Part shown: positions 30,344 through 41,096 of the stretch, piece by piece
How the letters are laid out: each line of letters opens with the position of its first letter
Numbering within the stretch: position 1 is the stretch's first letter
Assembly (NCBI GenBank): GCA_017465865.1
Contig: JAFTVF010000015.1
Span: 428-64,427, forward strand
Direction of reading: 5' to 3'
DNA from: Clostridia bacterium
GTDB lineage: Bacteria > Bacillota > Clostridia > Christensenellales > Borkfalkiaceae
Length of the DNA: 64,000 bases
Program-made: the position numbers and the translations under genes
Notes under the pieces: model-generated
What the model was told of the DNA's origin: nothing
Databases searched by the model: none
What the model saw: only the letters and a program-made list of their open reading frames with translations

Positions 30344-31336
30344 ATGAAGAAAATACTCTTAATTGCAACGGGCGGTACGATCGCCTCACATTCGGGAAAG
30401 GACGGTCTGATCCCCGAGATCGGCGCGCAGGGCTTGCTTAGCTGTGTGCCCGAAGTCTTTGACTTCTGCGAGCCGAGCGCGATACAGATCTACAATATCG
30501 ACAGCACCAACGTTACGCCCGCGCACTGGATACAGCTTGCAACGGCGATCCGCGAGCACTACGACGACTACGACGGGTTTGTCGTTTGCCACGGTACGGA
30601 CACCATGTCGTATACTGCGGCAATGATCTCGTACATGGTCCAACATTCGCCGAAGCCCATCGTGTTTACAGGCTCGCAGCAGCCGATCGACAAGGAAGAT
30701 ACCGACGGCAGGATCAACCTGCGCGACAGCTTTTTATACGCGGCTTCGGAAACGGCTTCGGACGTCGTGATCGTGTTTCAGGGCAAAATCATTGCAGGCA
30801 CGCGCGCGAAAAAGATCCGCACGAAGAGCTTTAACGCGTTTACGAGCGTGGATTTTCCGAGCCTCGGCGTGATCCGCGACGGAAAGATCGTGCAGTATAT
30901 CACCACGCCCAAACAGGACGAGCCCGAGTTCTATTTAGAGCTGGACGATAAAGTGGGATTGCTCACGCTCACGCCCGGCGCGCGCCGTGAGATCCTCGAC
31001 GAATATTTCCGTATCTACGACGGGGTCGTGCTTTCAGGCTACGGCACGGGCGGGATACCCGAGGGTGAGTACTACGGCTTTTACGAAGTGATCGAGAGCT
31101 GGGAGAAAAAGGGCAAGACTCTCGTCGTTACCACGCAGGTACAGCAAGAGGGCAACGATATGAACGTATACCGCGTGGGCAGAGGCTTAAAAAATCGGTT
31201 CGATCTTTTGGAAAGCTATTCCATGACCTACGAGAGTATCATCACCAAGCTGATGTGGATACTCCCGCAGACGAAAAACGACGACGAGGTACGGGAATTA
31301 TTTTATAAAACGGTCAATTACGACCTAATCGGTTAA
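30344..31336 (+). CDS. ansA: Type I L-asparaginase
   Basis: ATGGTIAS and HGTDTM motifs. Confidence 0.85.
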   Translation: MKKILLIATGGTIASHSGKDGLIPEIGAQGLLSCVPEVFDFCEPSAIQIYNIDSTNVTPAHWIQLATAIREHYDDYDGFVVCHGTDTMSYTAAMISYMVQHSPKPIVFTGSQQPIDKEDTDGRINLRDSFLYAASETASDVVIVFQGKIIAGTRAKKIRTKSFNAFTSVDFPSLGVIRDGKIVQYITTPKQDEPEFYLELDDKVGLLTLTPGARREILDEYFRIYDGVVLSGYGTGGIPEGEYYGFYEVIESWEKKGKTLVVTTQVQQEGNDMNVYRVGRGLKNRFDLLESYSMTYESIITKLMWILPQTKNDDEVRELFYKTVNYDLIG

Positions 31337-31350
31337 AGGACGGTAAAACT

Positions 31351-32577
31351 ATGAGAAAAACGCAATTACAAAGATACGCAAAACTGCTCGCGAAAGTGGG
31401 TTTGAATATCAAAAAAGGTCAGACGGTATTCGTCGCGGCGGGGCTTGATCAGCCCGAATTCGTTACGATGGTCGTCGAGGAATGTTACAAGGCAGGTGCG
31501 AGCGAGGTGTACGTAGAATGGAGTCATCAGCCCGTGGAAAAGCTCAGTTCCAAATACAGAACGCTGGAATCCCTGTCCGAGATGAAGCCTTGGGTGAAAT
31601 CGAAATGGGAGTTTAAGGCGAAGAACTATTCCTGTCGGCTGTGGATCGAATCGGAAGACCCCGACGGCATGAACGGCGTGGATCAGGAGAAAATGAGCAA
31701 AGCCCGTCAGGCGATGTATCCGCAGGTGAAACCGTTCCGTCAGGCAATGGAAAACAGACACCAGTGGTGTATTGCCGCCGTACCGGGTAAGGCTTGGGCG
31801 AAAAAGGTATTCCCCGATCTGCCCGAGCGCAAAGCGGTGGAGGAAATGTGGAAAGCGATCCTCGTCGCTTCCCGCGCCGACGGAAAAAATCCCGTCAAGG
31901 CATGGAAAGAACACAACGCCGATCTGTCGACGCGGTGCGAATATCTCAATTCCTTGGGCTTGAAATATCTCGAATACAAGAGCGCGAACGGTACGGATTT
32001 GACGGTGGAGCTGTTAGAAGACGGCGTGTTTGCGGGCGGCAGAGAAAAGACCTTGCAGGGCAGGATATTCAATCCGAATATTCCCACGGAAGAGGTATTC
32101 ACTTCCCCCAAGGCAGGCGCGGCGGAGGGGATCGTGTATTCGACGAAACCCTTATCGTATATGGGCGAGCTGATCGAAAATTTCTCCTTGCGTTTCGAGG
32201 GCGGAAAGGTCGTGGAAGCCAAAGCGGAAAAGGGCGAGGCGCTGCTTCAAAAAATGGTAAGTATGGACGAGGGTGCAGGGAAACTTGGCGAATGTGCGCT
32301 GATCCCGTACGATTCCCCGATCAACGAAACGGGTATTCTGTTCTATAACACCCTGTTCGACGAAAACGCGAGCTGTCATTTTGCGGTCGGGCACGGCTTT
32401 AACGAGTGTTTGAAAGGCTTTGAAAAGCTGACGGACGAGGAATGTAAAGCTCGCGGTATCAACGACAGTATGATCCACGTCGATTTCATGATCGGCTCTC
32501 GCGATATGTCTATCGTCGGGATAAAAGCAAACGGCGAACGGGTACAGATCTTTGAAAACGGCACTTGGGCGTTTTAA
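31351..32577 (+). CDS. M29-family aminopeptidase (AmpS/PepS-like)
   Basis: Full-length similarity pattern to aminopeptidase T/S (LAKVGLNIKKGQ..., NTLFDENASCHFAVGHGF). Confidence 0.85.
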   Translation: MRKTQLQRYAKLLAKVGLNIKKGQTVFVAAGLDQPEFVTMVVEECYKAGASEVYVEWSHQPVEKLSSKYRTLESLSEMKPWVKSKWEFKAKNYSCRLWIESEDPDGMNGVDQEKMSKARQAMYPQVKPFRQAMENRHQWCIAAVPGKAWAKKVFPDLPERKAVEEMWKAILVASRADGKNPVKAWKEHNADLSTRCEYLNSLGLKYLEYKSANGTDLTVELLEDGVFAGGREKTLQGRIFNPNIPTEEVFTSPKAGAAEGIVYSTKPLSYMGELIENFSLRFEGGKVVEAKAEKGEALLQKMVSMDEGAGKLGECALIPYDSPINETGILFYNTLFDENASCHFAVGHGFNECLKGFEKLTDEECKARGINDSMIHVDFMIGSRDMSIVGIKANGERVQIFENGTWAF

Positions 32578-32593
32578 GAAAGGAGAAAAACGT

Positions 32594-33670
32594 ATGACGA
32601 AAATCGATATTTTTTCAGGATTTTTAGGCGCGGGAAAAACCACGCTGATCAAGAAACTCATCAAGGAAGCGTACGCAGGCGAAAAGGTCGTGCTCATTGA
32701 AAACGAGTTCGGCGAAATCGGTATCGACGGCGGTTTTTTACAGGAAGCGGGGATCAATATTACCGAAATGAATTCGGGCTGTATCTGCTGTTCCCTCGTC
32801 GGGGATTTCGCGAAAGCCCTCAAACAAGTGGCGGCGAGATACGCCCCCGACCGTATCGTGATCGAGCCGTCGGGCGTAGGGAAACTTAGCGACGTCATCA
32901 AAGCCGTTGCAAACGCAAAACTCTCCGACGGTGTTTTGAACGCGTTCTGTACCGTCGTGGACGCGTCCAAATGTAAAATGTATATGAAAAACTTCGGCGA
33001 ATTTTTCAACGATCAGGTGGAAAACGCAAGCTGTATTATTCTTTCGCACACGGACAAGACCTCGGCAGACAAGCTCGCTACGGCGGTAGCGCTGCTCCAA
33101 GAAAAGAACGCGTCGGCAACGATCGTTACCGCGCCTTGGGACGAGCTCGACGGCAAAGCCATTCTCTTGGCAATGGAGAAAAAAGACTGTCTCCAAGCCG
33201 AGCTTGACCGCTTGGCAGAGGAAGTGGAGCACGAGCACGAACATCACCACCACGAATGTAACGACCCCGACTGCGATTGTCATCACCACCACGAGCACCA
33301 CGAACACGAGTGCCACGACCCCAACTGCGATTGCCATCATCACCACGAACACCACGAGCACCACGAGCACGGACATCATCATCACCATCATCACGCGGAC
33401 GAGGTATTTACGAGCTGGGGCAAGGAAACGGCGCGTAAATTTACAAAAGAGGAGCTTGCGTTTGCTCTTAAAGAGCTGGAAAACGAGGAGAAATACGGCA
33501 AAGTGCTCCGCGCCAAAGGCATTGTGGCGGGCGAGGGGGCTTGGTTGCATTTCGATTACGTGCCCGAAGAACCCGACGTGCGCGAGGGTACGGCAGGGGT
33601 TACGGGCAGACTGTGCGTGATCGGCTGTCAGCTGAGCGTAGAAGCGTTGGAAAAATTATTCAATTTATAA
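32594..33670 (+). CDS. COG0523 (CobW/ZigA-type) G3E GTPase metallochaperone with His/Cys-rich insert
   Basis: Walker A is GFLGAGKTTL and the CxCC motif is SGCICCS. A His-rich block of about 55 aa contains two ECxDPxCDCHHHHEHHEH repeats. The start at 32594 is preceded by AGGAG. Confidence 0.85.
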   Translation: MTKIDIFSGFLGAGKTTLIKKLIKEAYAGEKVVLIENEFGEIGIDGGFLQEAGINITEMNSGCICCSLVGDFAKALKQVAARYAPDRIVIEPSGVGKLSDVIKAVANAKLSDGVLNAFCTVVDASKCKMYMKNFGEFFNDQVENASCIILSHTDKTSADKLATAVALLQEKNASATIVTAPWDELDGKAILLAMEKKDCLQAELDRLAEEVEHEHEHHHHECNDPDCDCHHHHEHHEHECHDPNCDCHHHHEHHEHHEHGHHHHHHHADEVFTSWGKETARKFTKEELAFALKELENEEKYGKVLRAKGIVAGEGAWLHFDYVPEEPDVREGTAGVTGRLCVIGCQLSVEALEKLFNL

Positions 33671-33682
33671 GGAAGAAAGGAT

Positions 33683-34645
33683 ATGAAACAAAAACTTCCC
33701 GTAGAAACGCCCGTTTATTTATTTTTGGGATTTTTGGAATCGGGTAAAACGAAATTTATACAGGAAACGCTGGAGGACCCCCGTTTTTCAAGCGGGGAAA
33801 AGACCCTGCTTTTGGTTATGGAAGAGGGTGAGGTGGAATACGAAACCTATAAATTTTCCGCCGCGGAAAGCGTTGATCTCGTCGTGATCGAGGATAAGAA
33901 ACAGCTGACGGAAGAATATCTTACGCAGTTACAGCTCAAATACGGCTCTGACCGCGTCGTCGTCGAATACAACGGCATGTGGGCGCTGGAAGAGTTTTAT
34001 AGCGCCATGCCCGAGGGCTGGATGATCAATCAGGTAATGACCTTTTTCGATAGTAATACTTTCCTCAATTATAACGCGAATATGCGCCAGCTCGTTTACG
34101 ATAAAATCGAGAACGCGCAGCTCGTCGTATTCAACCGTTACGGCGACGAAATGGACAAAATGGCGTTTCATAAAGTCGTCCGCGGTATCAGCCGCCGTTG
34201 CGATATCGTTTACGAACGGGTGGACGGCAAAGCGGATTTCGACGATATCGAAGACCCGTTGCCGTTTGATATCAACGCGCCCGTGATCGAGATCGCCGAC
34301 CGCGATTATGCCTTTTTCTATCGTGATTTGACTGAAAATTTAGAGGCTTATATCGGAAAAACGGTCAAATTCAAAGGTCTTGTTGCTACGGACAAACGGT
34401 TAGAACCGACGGATATCGTCGTCGGTCGGCACGTAATGACCTGTTGCGCGGACGATATCCAATACTGCGGACTTGCCTGCGTTTTGGACGCCCCGCGCGA
34501 TCTGCAAACGCGGGACTGGATCAGCATTACGGCGAAAGTGCAGTTCCAAAAACACCGTATCTATAAAGGCAAAGGCCCTGTGCTGGTAGCGCAGAGAGTG
34601 ATCGTTTGCGAACCGCCCGAAGAACAGCTCGCAACCTTTTATTAA
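33683..34645 (+). CDS. CobW-N-like P-loop domain fused to DUF1980/TIGR03943-like C-terminal CC-motif domain
   Basis: The N-terminal P-loop is GFLESGKT. The C-terminus VGRHVMTCCADDIQYCGLAC resembles the CCxxD motif of YcgQ/DUF1980 proteins, which often neighbour COG0523 genes. Confidence 0.5.
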   Translation: MKQKLPVETPVYLFLGFLESGKTKFIQETLEDPRFSSGEKTLLLVMEEGEVEYETYKFSAAESVDLVVIEDKKQLTEEYLTQLQLKYGSDRVVVEYNGMWALEEFYSAMPEGWMINQVMTFFDSNTFLNYNANMRQLVYDKIENAQLVVFNRYGDEMDKMAFHKVVRGISRRCDIVYERVDGKADFDDIEDPLPFDINAPVIEIADRDYAFFYRDLTENLEAYIGKTVKFKGLVATDKRLEPTDIVVGRHVMTCCADDIQYCGLACVLDAPRDLQTRDWISITAKVQFQKHRIYKGKGPVLVAQRVIVCEPPEEQLATFY

Positions 34646-34666
34646 ACAGAAACAAAAAAATCAACC

Positions 34667-34700
34667 AAAAAGGGAGAACCGAAAACGGTTCTCCCTTTTT
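34667..34700. terminator. Bidirectional terminator
   Basis: AAAAAGGGAGAACCG-aaaa-CGGTTCTCCCTTTTT. Confidence 0.8.
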
Positions 34701-34774
34701 GGTACTCCCTGCGGGAATCGAACCCACAACTAGCCCTTAGGAGGGGCTTGTTATATCCATTTAACTAAGGAAGC
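34700..34774 (-). tRNA. tRNA-Arg (anticodon CCT)
   Basis: A 75-nt cloverleaf on the minus strand. The acceptor stem is GCTTCCT paired with AGGGAGT, the anticodon loop is CTCCTAA, and the T-arm is GTGGG-TTCGATT-CCCGC. The CCA end is encoded. Confidence 0.85.
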
Positions 34775-34998
34775 ATATGATAATATTGTCGCCGAAAATA
34801 TTCAGCCTACTAATTATACTCTCTTTTTCCGTAAAAAGCAAACGTTTTCAAAAGCCTTTGCTTTTTTCTTTGAATTATAAGCAGAAATTATATCTGTTAT
34901 AAATAAAGTTTATTTCAAACGAAAAAAAGTGCAAAAAATCAGACTTTTTTCAAAAAATACCCCTTGAAACTCTTGCAAAATATAAAAAAAGGTGATAA

Positions 34999-36405
<1,407 letters not shown>

Positions 36406-36416
36406 TAGATAGGAAT

Positions 36417-36451
36417 AAAAAAATGACCCGATACGATCGGGTCATTTTTTT
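36417..36451. terminator. Bidirectional terminator between gdhA and AraC-family gene
   Basis: AAAAAAATGACCCGAT-acg-ATCGGGTCATTTTTTT. Confidence 0.85.
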
Positions 36452-37262
36452 ATCGTTTTTGCAATCCGTTCAGGTGCTCGCGCGGGGAAACGCCCATTTT
36501 CGTTTTGAACACTTTCGAGAAATAAAGAGGATCGTTAAATCCGCAAAGGAACGCGATATTCTTTACGCCCGATACGCCTTGGTCCATCAGCGCGCAGGCG
36601 TGCTGTATGCGAATGGTCGTGATATAATCGGAGATACCGAGCTTAAACGCCGACTTAAACAGCGAGGAAAGGTATTTCGGATTATAGGACAGTGCCTCGG
36701 CAATGCTGTGAAGAGATAATTCAGGGTTCGTGAACGTATCGTCGATATATTTTTTCACCTCGCTTGCGGCGGTCTGTTCTTTGGATTTGTTTCCGCTGGG
36801 ATAATATTTCGTACCGATACTCGAAAAGGTATACAGTACCACGCTTTCACTGCGCAGTTCCGCCACCGCGGAGTCCATATCCAAAGCGTTGCGCCAAAAA
36901 TCGGTGAGTTCGCCAAAACCGCGGAATACGCAATTTTTCTCGTTGATACGGAATTTATCGGTGAGATAATTTGCGCGCGTGCCGAGATAGCTTACGTACA
37001 TATATTTGAAATCCTTGATCGGCGTTAAGGTAAAGGGCACGGCGGGCAGACCGAAGAAAATATCCCCCGAATACAAATGAATATCTCCGTTTCGCAGGTG
37101 TAATATACCCTCGCCCTCCACGACCAAATGCATACGGTACATAGACAGGATTTTTTGCTTTTCCATCGTTTGCGGCGAGGTCTCCAAAACGAAATGCACG
37201 GTATGTATCGGTTCGAAATTGTTCTGTTTTGGGATAAATAAGCAAACGTTCTGATTTTCCAT
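36450..37262 (-). CDS. AraC-family transcriptional regulator
   Basis: N-terminal cupin-like sensor and a C-terminal double HTH (IAFLCGFNDPLYFSKVFKTKMGVSPREH). Confidence 0.85.
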   Translation of the reverse strand: MENQNVCLFIPKQNNFEPIHTVHFVLETSPQTMEKQKILSMYRMHLVVEGEGILHLRNGDIHLYSGDIFFGLPAVPFTLTPIKDFKYMYVSYLGTRANYLTDKFRINEKNCVFRGFGELTDFWRNALDMDSAVAELRSESVVLYTFSSIGTKYYPSGNKSKEQTAASEVKKYIDDTFTNPELSLHSIAEALSYNPKYLSSLFKSAFKLGISDYITTIRIQHACALMDQGVSGVKNIAFLCGFNDPLYFSKVFKTKMGVSPREHLNGLQKR

Positions 37263-37425
37263 AACAGCGTTCTCCTTGTTTTTAGTATACCCGATGATCG
37301 CGCGAATGTCAAATAAAGATGACCATTTTCCATATTTTTAGGGAAAATATCTATTTTCTTTTTCGTTAGGCTATGTTATAATAGTTTCATAAAACCGATA
37401 AATTCTGAAAAAGGAGAAAACAACA

Positions 37426-38754
37426 ATGAAAAAAATCAGAGTAGGCGTAATGGGTGCGTACCGCGGTACGGGTATGATCAACTATTGCAAAGCGGCGGAC
37501 AATGCGGAAGTCGTTGCGATCTGCGACAAGTGGGAAGAGGGCTTGGAAAGGCAGAAAGAGCAAAACGTCGGTTTGGATATTACCTATTATAACAATTTCG
37601 ACGACTTTATCAAGCACGATATGGACGCGGTCGTTTTGGCAAACTACGCGCATCAGCACGCGCCGTTCGCGATCCGCGCAATGAAAGCGGGCAAGCACGT
37701 ATTTTCCGAAGTCCTGCCCGTGCAGACGATGAAAGAAGCGGTAGAGCTTGTGGAAGCGGTGGAGGAAACGGGCAAGATCTACGCGTACGGCGAAAACTAC
37801 TGCTATATGCAGGGTACGAACGAAATGCGCCGTCTGTATAAAGAGGGCAAGATCGGCGAGTTTGAGTACGGCGAGGGCGAATATATCCACAACGGCGAAA
37901 CGATCTGGCCCAGCATCTCGTACGGCGACAAAAATCATTGGCGTAATAAAATGTATGCGACCTTCTATTGCACCCATTCGCTTGGTCCGATTATCCATAT
38001 CACGGGTCTTCGTCCCGTATCGGTAACGGGCTTTGAGGGCGCGCTCAACGAAAGAGGTCTGCGTGTCGGCAGAGGCTGCGGTATGTACGGTATCGAAATG
38101 GTAACGTTCGAAAACGGCGGTATCGCCAAGAGTATCCACGGCGGGCTGTATAAGAATTCCGTTTGGTACAGCATATACGGTAGTAAGGGCAGAATGGAAA
38201 CGGCGAGAGAAGACGCGAATCAACGCGCGTATTCTCGTATTTATATCCACGCGGACGAATATTCGGGCGAATACAAGGGCAGACCCGTCGAAACGTACGT
38301 GCCCTCGGATACGAACGCGGAATTAAAGCGCGTGGAGCACTTCGGGCACGGCGGTTCGGATTATTGGTCTATGTACAACTTCATTGAAAAAATTCGCGGT
38401 AACGCGGACGCGGATATCATCGACGTATACGAGGCGTTGGATATGGGCATGTGCGGCATACTTGCGTACCGTTCGGTGCTCAACGGCGGCGCGCCCGTGG
38501 AAGTGCCGAATATGCGGGATAAAGCGGTTCGCGAGAAGTACAGAAACGACGTGGCTTGTACCGATCCCGAAGTGGCGGGCGATCAACTGATCCCGTTCTA
38601 TTCCAAAGGCAATCCCGAAATCGATGACAGCATATACGAAGAAATGAAAAAGAAATGGCTCGCAGACCTCAACTCTAAAACGGGCTATACCAACGCGGCG
38701 TTTACACAGAGCGGTAAAAAAGAGCCTGCCAAAGAAGGCGAAGTAAAAATCTAA
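37426..38754 (+). CDS. Gfo/Idh/MocA-family oxidoreductase
   Basis: N-terminal Rossmann motif IRVGVMGAYRGTG. The gene is divergent from the AraC regulator. Confidence 0.8.
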   Translation: MKKIRVGVMGAYRGTGMINYCKAADNAEVVAICDKWEEGLERQKEQNVGLDITYYNNFDDFIKHDMDAVVLANYAHQHAPFAIRAMKAGKHVFSEVLPVQTMKEAVELVEAVEETGKIYAYGENYCYMQGTNEMRRLYKEGKIGEFEYGEGEYIHNGETIWPSISYGDKNHWRNKMYATFYCTHSLGPIIHITGLRPVSVTGFEGALNERGLRVGRGCGMYGIEMVTFENGGIAKSIHGGLYKNSVWYSIYGSKGRMETAREDANQRAYSRIYIHADEYSGEYKGRPVETYVPSDTNAELKRVEHFGHGGSDYWSMYNFIEKIRGNADADIIDVYEALDMGMCGILAYRSVLNGGAPVEVPNMRDKAVREKYRNDVACTDPEVAGDQLIPFYSKGNPEIDDSIYEEMKKKWLADLNSKTGYTNAAFTQSGKKEPAKEGEVKI

Positions 38755-38763
38755 GCGGATACA

Positions 38764-39657
38764 ATGAAAGAATACGTATTTATTATCGTAGCAACGCTGT
38801 TGTTCAGCATACAGTTTTTGTTTACGAAAAAATATCAAATGGTAGCGGGTACGGCAACGGAAGCCTCCTTTTTCCAAAAAATGGTGTCGCCGATCATGTT
38901 CGTATTTATCCTGCTGTGCTATAACAAATTCCAGTTCAACGTAACGCCGTTTGCGTTTACGCTCGCGCTCACCAACGCCGTGATCTCGAACTTGATTATG
39001 TTCTGCTCGATCAAAGCCCTTGCGATGGGCAGCGTGGCAAACTATTCCCTGTATCTTTTGTGCGGCGGTATGGTCTTGCCCGTGATCTACGGCGCGCTGA
39101 TCGGCGACGAGTTCGGGATCTGGAAAATTTTAAGCCTCGTACTCATTCTCGCGGCGATCGCCGTAAAGATCGACCGTAAGGAAAAAACGAGCAAGCTCGC
39201 GTTTGTATGCTTTGCCATGCTGTTTATCCTCAACGGTCTGGTCGGGGTCATATCTTCCATGCACCAAGGCGACTTGTTTGACTTCAAAAAAGTGTCCTCG
39301 GTCGAGTTTATGATGCTGAACAGTACGCTTGCTATCGCGTTAGGGGCAATCGTATTCAGCGTGCTGGCGGTTAAAAAGCGTAAAGAAATCAATATCAAGT
39401 CGTACGTAAAAGCCTCGCCTTGGGCGATGTGCGACGGGATCTTGAACGGCGTAGCAAACCTTTTATTGCTGTTGAGCTTGAAAGAGCTCGCGCCGTCCTT
39501 GCAATACCCGATCGTAACGGGCGGTACTATTTTCCTGTCCGCGGTATTCGGTTTTCTTGTGTATAAAGAAAAACCGACGGGGCGGGTATGGCTTGCCGTG
39601 GCGCTCGCGATCGTCGGTACGGTCGTAATGGCGTTAGGGGATCTCTGTTTTTCATAA
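38764..39657 (+). CDS. Polytopic membrane protein, DMT/EamA-like transporter (putative)
   Basis: About 10 hydrophobic segments in two similar halves. Confidence 0.5.
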   Translation: MKEYVFIIVATLLFSIQFLFTKKYQMVAGTATEASFFQKMVSPIMFVFILLCYNKFQFNVTPFAFTLALTNAVISNLIMFCSIKALAMGSVANYSLYLLCGGMVLPVIYGALIGDEFGIWKILSLVLILAAIAVKIDRKEKTSKLAFVCFAMLFILNGLVGVISSMHQGDLFDFKKVSSVEFMMLNSTLAIALGAIVFSVLAVKKRKEINIKSYVKASPWAMCDGILNGVANLLLLLSLKELAPSLQYPIVTGGTIFLSAVFGFLVYKEKPTGRVWLAVALAIVGTVVMALGDLCFS

Positions 39658-39662
39658 AAGCA

Positions 39663-39696
39663 AAAAAAGCGTCGTGCGTGCACGGCGTTTTTTTGC
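39663..39696 (+). terminator. Intrinsic terminator
   Basis: AAAAAAAGCGTCGTGC-gt-GCACGGCGTTTTTTT. Confidence 0.75.
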
Positions 39697-39764
39697 CTAG
39701 TATACAAAAATTGCGGTTTGGGCATACTCTGTTTATAGAAAATAACCAAAAGGAGTAACCGCCC

Positions 39765-41048
39765 ATGAACCCGTTTAACGAAAAACCCATGCACATAGAC
39801 AAGACTTTGCAAAATTGGGAACAGCTGTATCCCAAGCCCTACGACAAACGCGAAGTCGATCCGTACACTAAGACCCGTATTATTCTTATGAACGGTACGG
39901 AGTTTGAAAGCAACTGGTTTTCGCACCAGTTCGCGCGGCACACGGACAATAACGATCTGCGCCGCGATCTCGCGCTTACCCGCTACGTCGAAAAACAGCA
40001 ACAGCTGAAAATTTCCCTTTTGAAGCCCGCAAACGAGAGTATTCTCGAACATACGATCTCGTACGAACAGCTTGCGGTCGATCTGACGGCGGAGCTGGCT
40101 AAACGCGAGCTGGATTGCGAAGTGAAAACGGCGTTGGATTTCGCGCTTTTAGAAGACTTTGATCATTTGTACAGATATGCAAATCTTTTGGAAATGGAAC
40201 AGGGTATCGCCGCGGAATGGCTCGTGGGGCGGTACACCGAAATTATGCCCGGCCGTCCGACGATCGCGCATCACCGTTATCCCAAGGACAACGTAAAACG
40301 CAGTATCGACGCGAAAAATTCAGACGTGCAGACGGTGCTGAATACCATGATCATCACCGCCGCCGAACAGCAGACGATGAACTATTATATGAACGTTACA
40401 AATTTCGCCTGCTCGGATATCAGCCGCAAGCTGTATCAAGAGATCGCGCTGGTGGAGGAGGAGCACGTAACGCAGTACGAATCGCTGATGGACCCCAACG
40501 CCACGTGGCTGGAAATGCTGCTTTGGCGCGAGTATTGCGAGTGCTATTTGTACTGGTCTTGCTATATGACGGAAACCGACCCGTATATCAAGAACCTTTG
40601 GGAAATGAACCTTTCGTTCGAGATCTCGCACTTGCATAAGGCGGCGGAACTTTTGAAAAAATACGAGGGCAAGGAATGGCAGGAAGTCATCAAAGACGGC
40701 GAATTCCCCGCGCCCATTTCCCTGCACGAAAACAAGGAATACGTGCGCAAGATCCTCGGCGATACCGTGCAGTATACGTCCAACAGAGAGGATTACGTGC
40801 GCGTGAAAGATCTGCCTAAGGACGCGGATTTCTTCCGTTTTCAGGATATCATCAATCCCACCACGCAGATCGTGCCGTCGCATTGCGTTATCGAAAACTT
40901 TATCCGCCGCCGCGGCGCGGACTATCGGTATCAGATCGCGCCCAGCCCGATCCCCGAGCTTCGCAACCGTCGTCAGGATAACACCTCGGTCGGCAGAAAA
41001 CCCGACGGCGCGCCGTCGAACGGCTTTTTCTGTAACAAAGAATGTTAA
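39765..41048 (+). CDS. Hypothetical protein with ferritin-like / di-iron carboxylate type ExxH motifs
   Basis: LLEDFDHLYRYANLLE and ALVEEEHVTQYESL resemble paired ExxH helices. No firm family assignment was made. Confidence 0.4.
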   Translation: MNPFNEKPMHIDKTLQNWEQLYPKPYDKREVDPYTKTRIILMNGTEFESNWFSHQFARHTDNNDLRRDLALTRYVEKQQQLKISLLKPANESILEHTISYEQLAVDLTAELAKRELDCEVKTALDFALLEDFDHLYRYANLLEMEQGIAAEWLVGRYTEIMPGRPTIAHHRYPKDNVKRSIDAKNSDVQTVLNTMIITAAEQQTMNYYMNVTNFACSDISRKLYQEIALVEEEHVTQYESLMDPNATWLEMLLWREYCECYLYWSCYMTETDPYIKNLWEMNLSFEISHLHKAAELLKKYEGKEWQEVIKDGEFPAPISLHENKEYVRKILGDTVQYTSNREDYVRVKDLPKDADFFRFQDIINPTTQIVPSHCVIENFIRRRGADYRYQIAPSPIPELRNRRQDNTSVGRKPDGAPSNGFFCNKEC

Positions 41049-41052
41049 AAAA

Positions 41053-41080
41053 TACGGGAGCGGTAAAAACCCGCTCCCGT
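41053..41080. terminator. Bidirectional terminator
   Basis: ACGGGAGCGG-taaaaac-CCGCTCCCGT. Confidence 0.7.
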
Positions 41081-41096
41081 CGTCCGTTCGTAACGA

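Noticed and set aside
33204-33620. A 138-aa alternative-frame ORF rich in Thr/Asn repeats (TTTNVTTPTAIV...).
   Set aside because: It is a frame-shifted reading of the CAC/CAT-rich His-repeat region of the COG0523 gene, so it is an artefact of the repeat.
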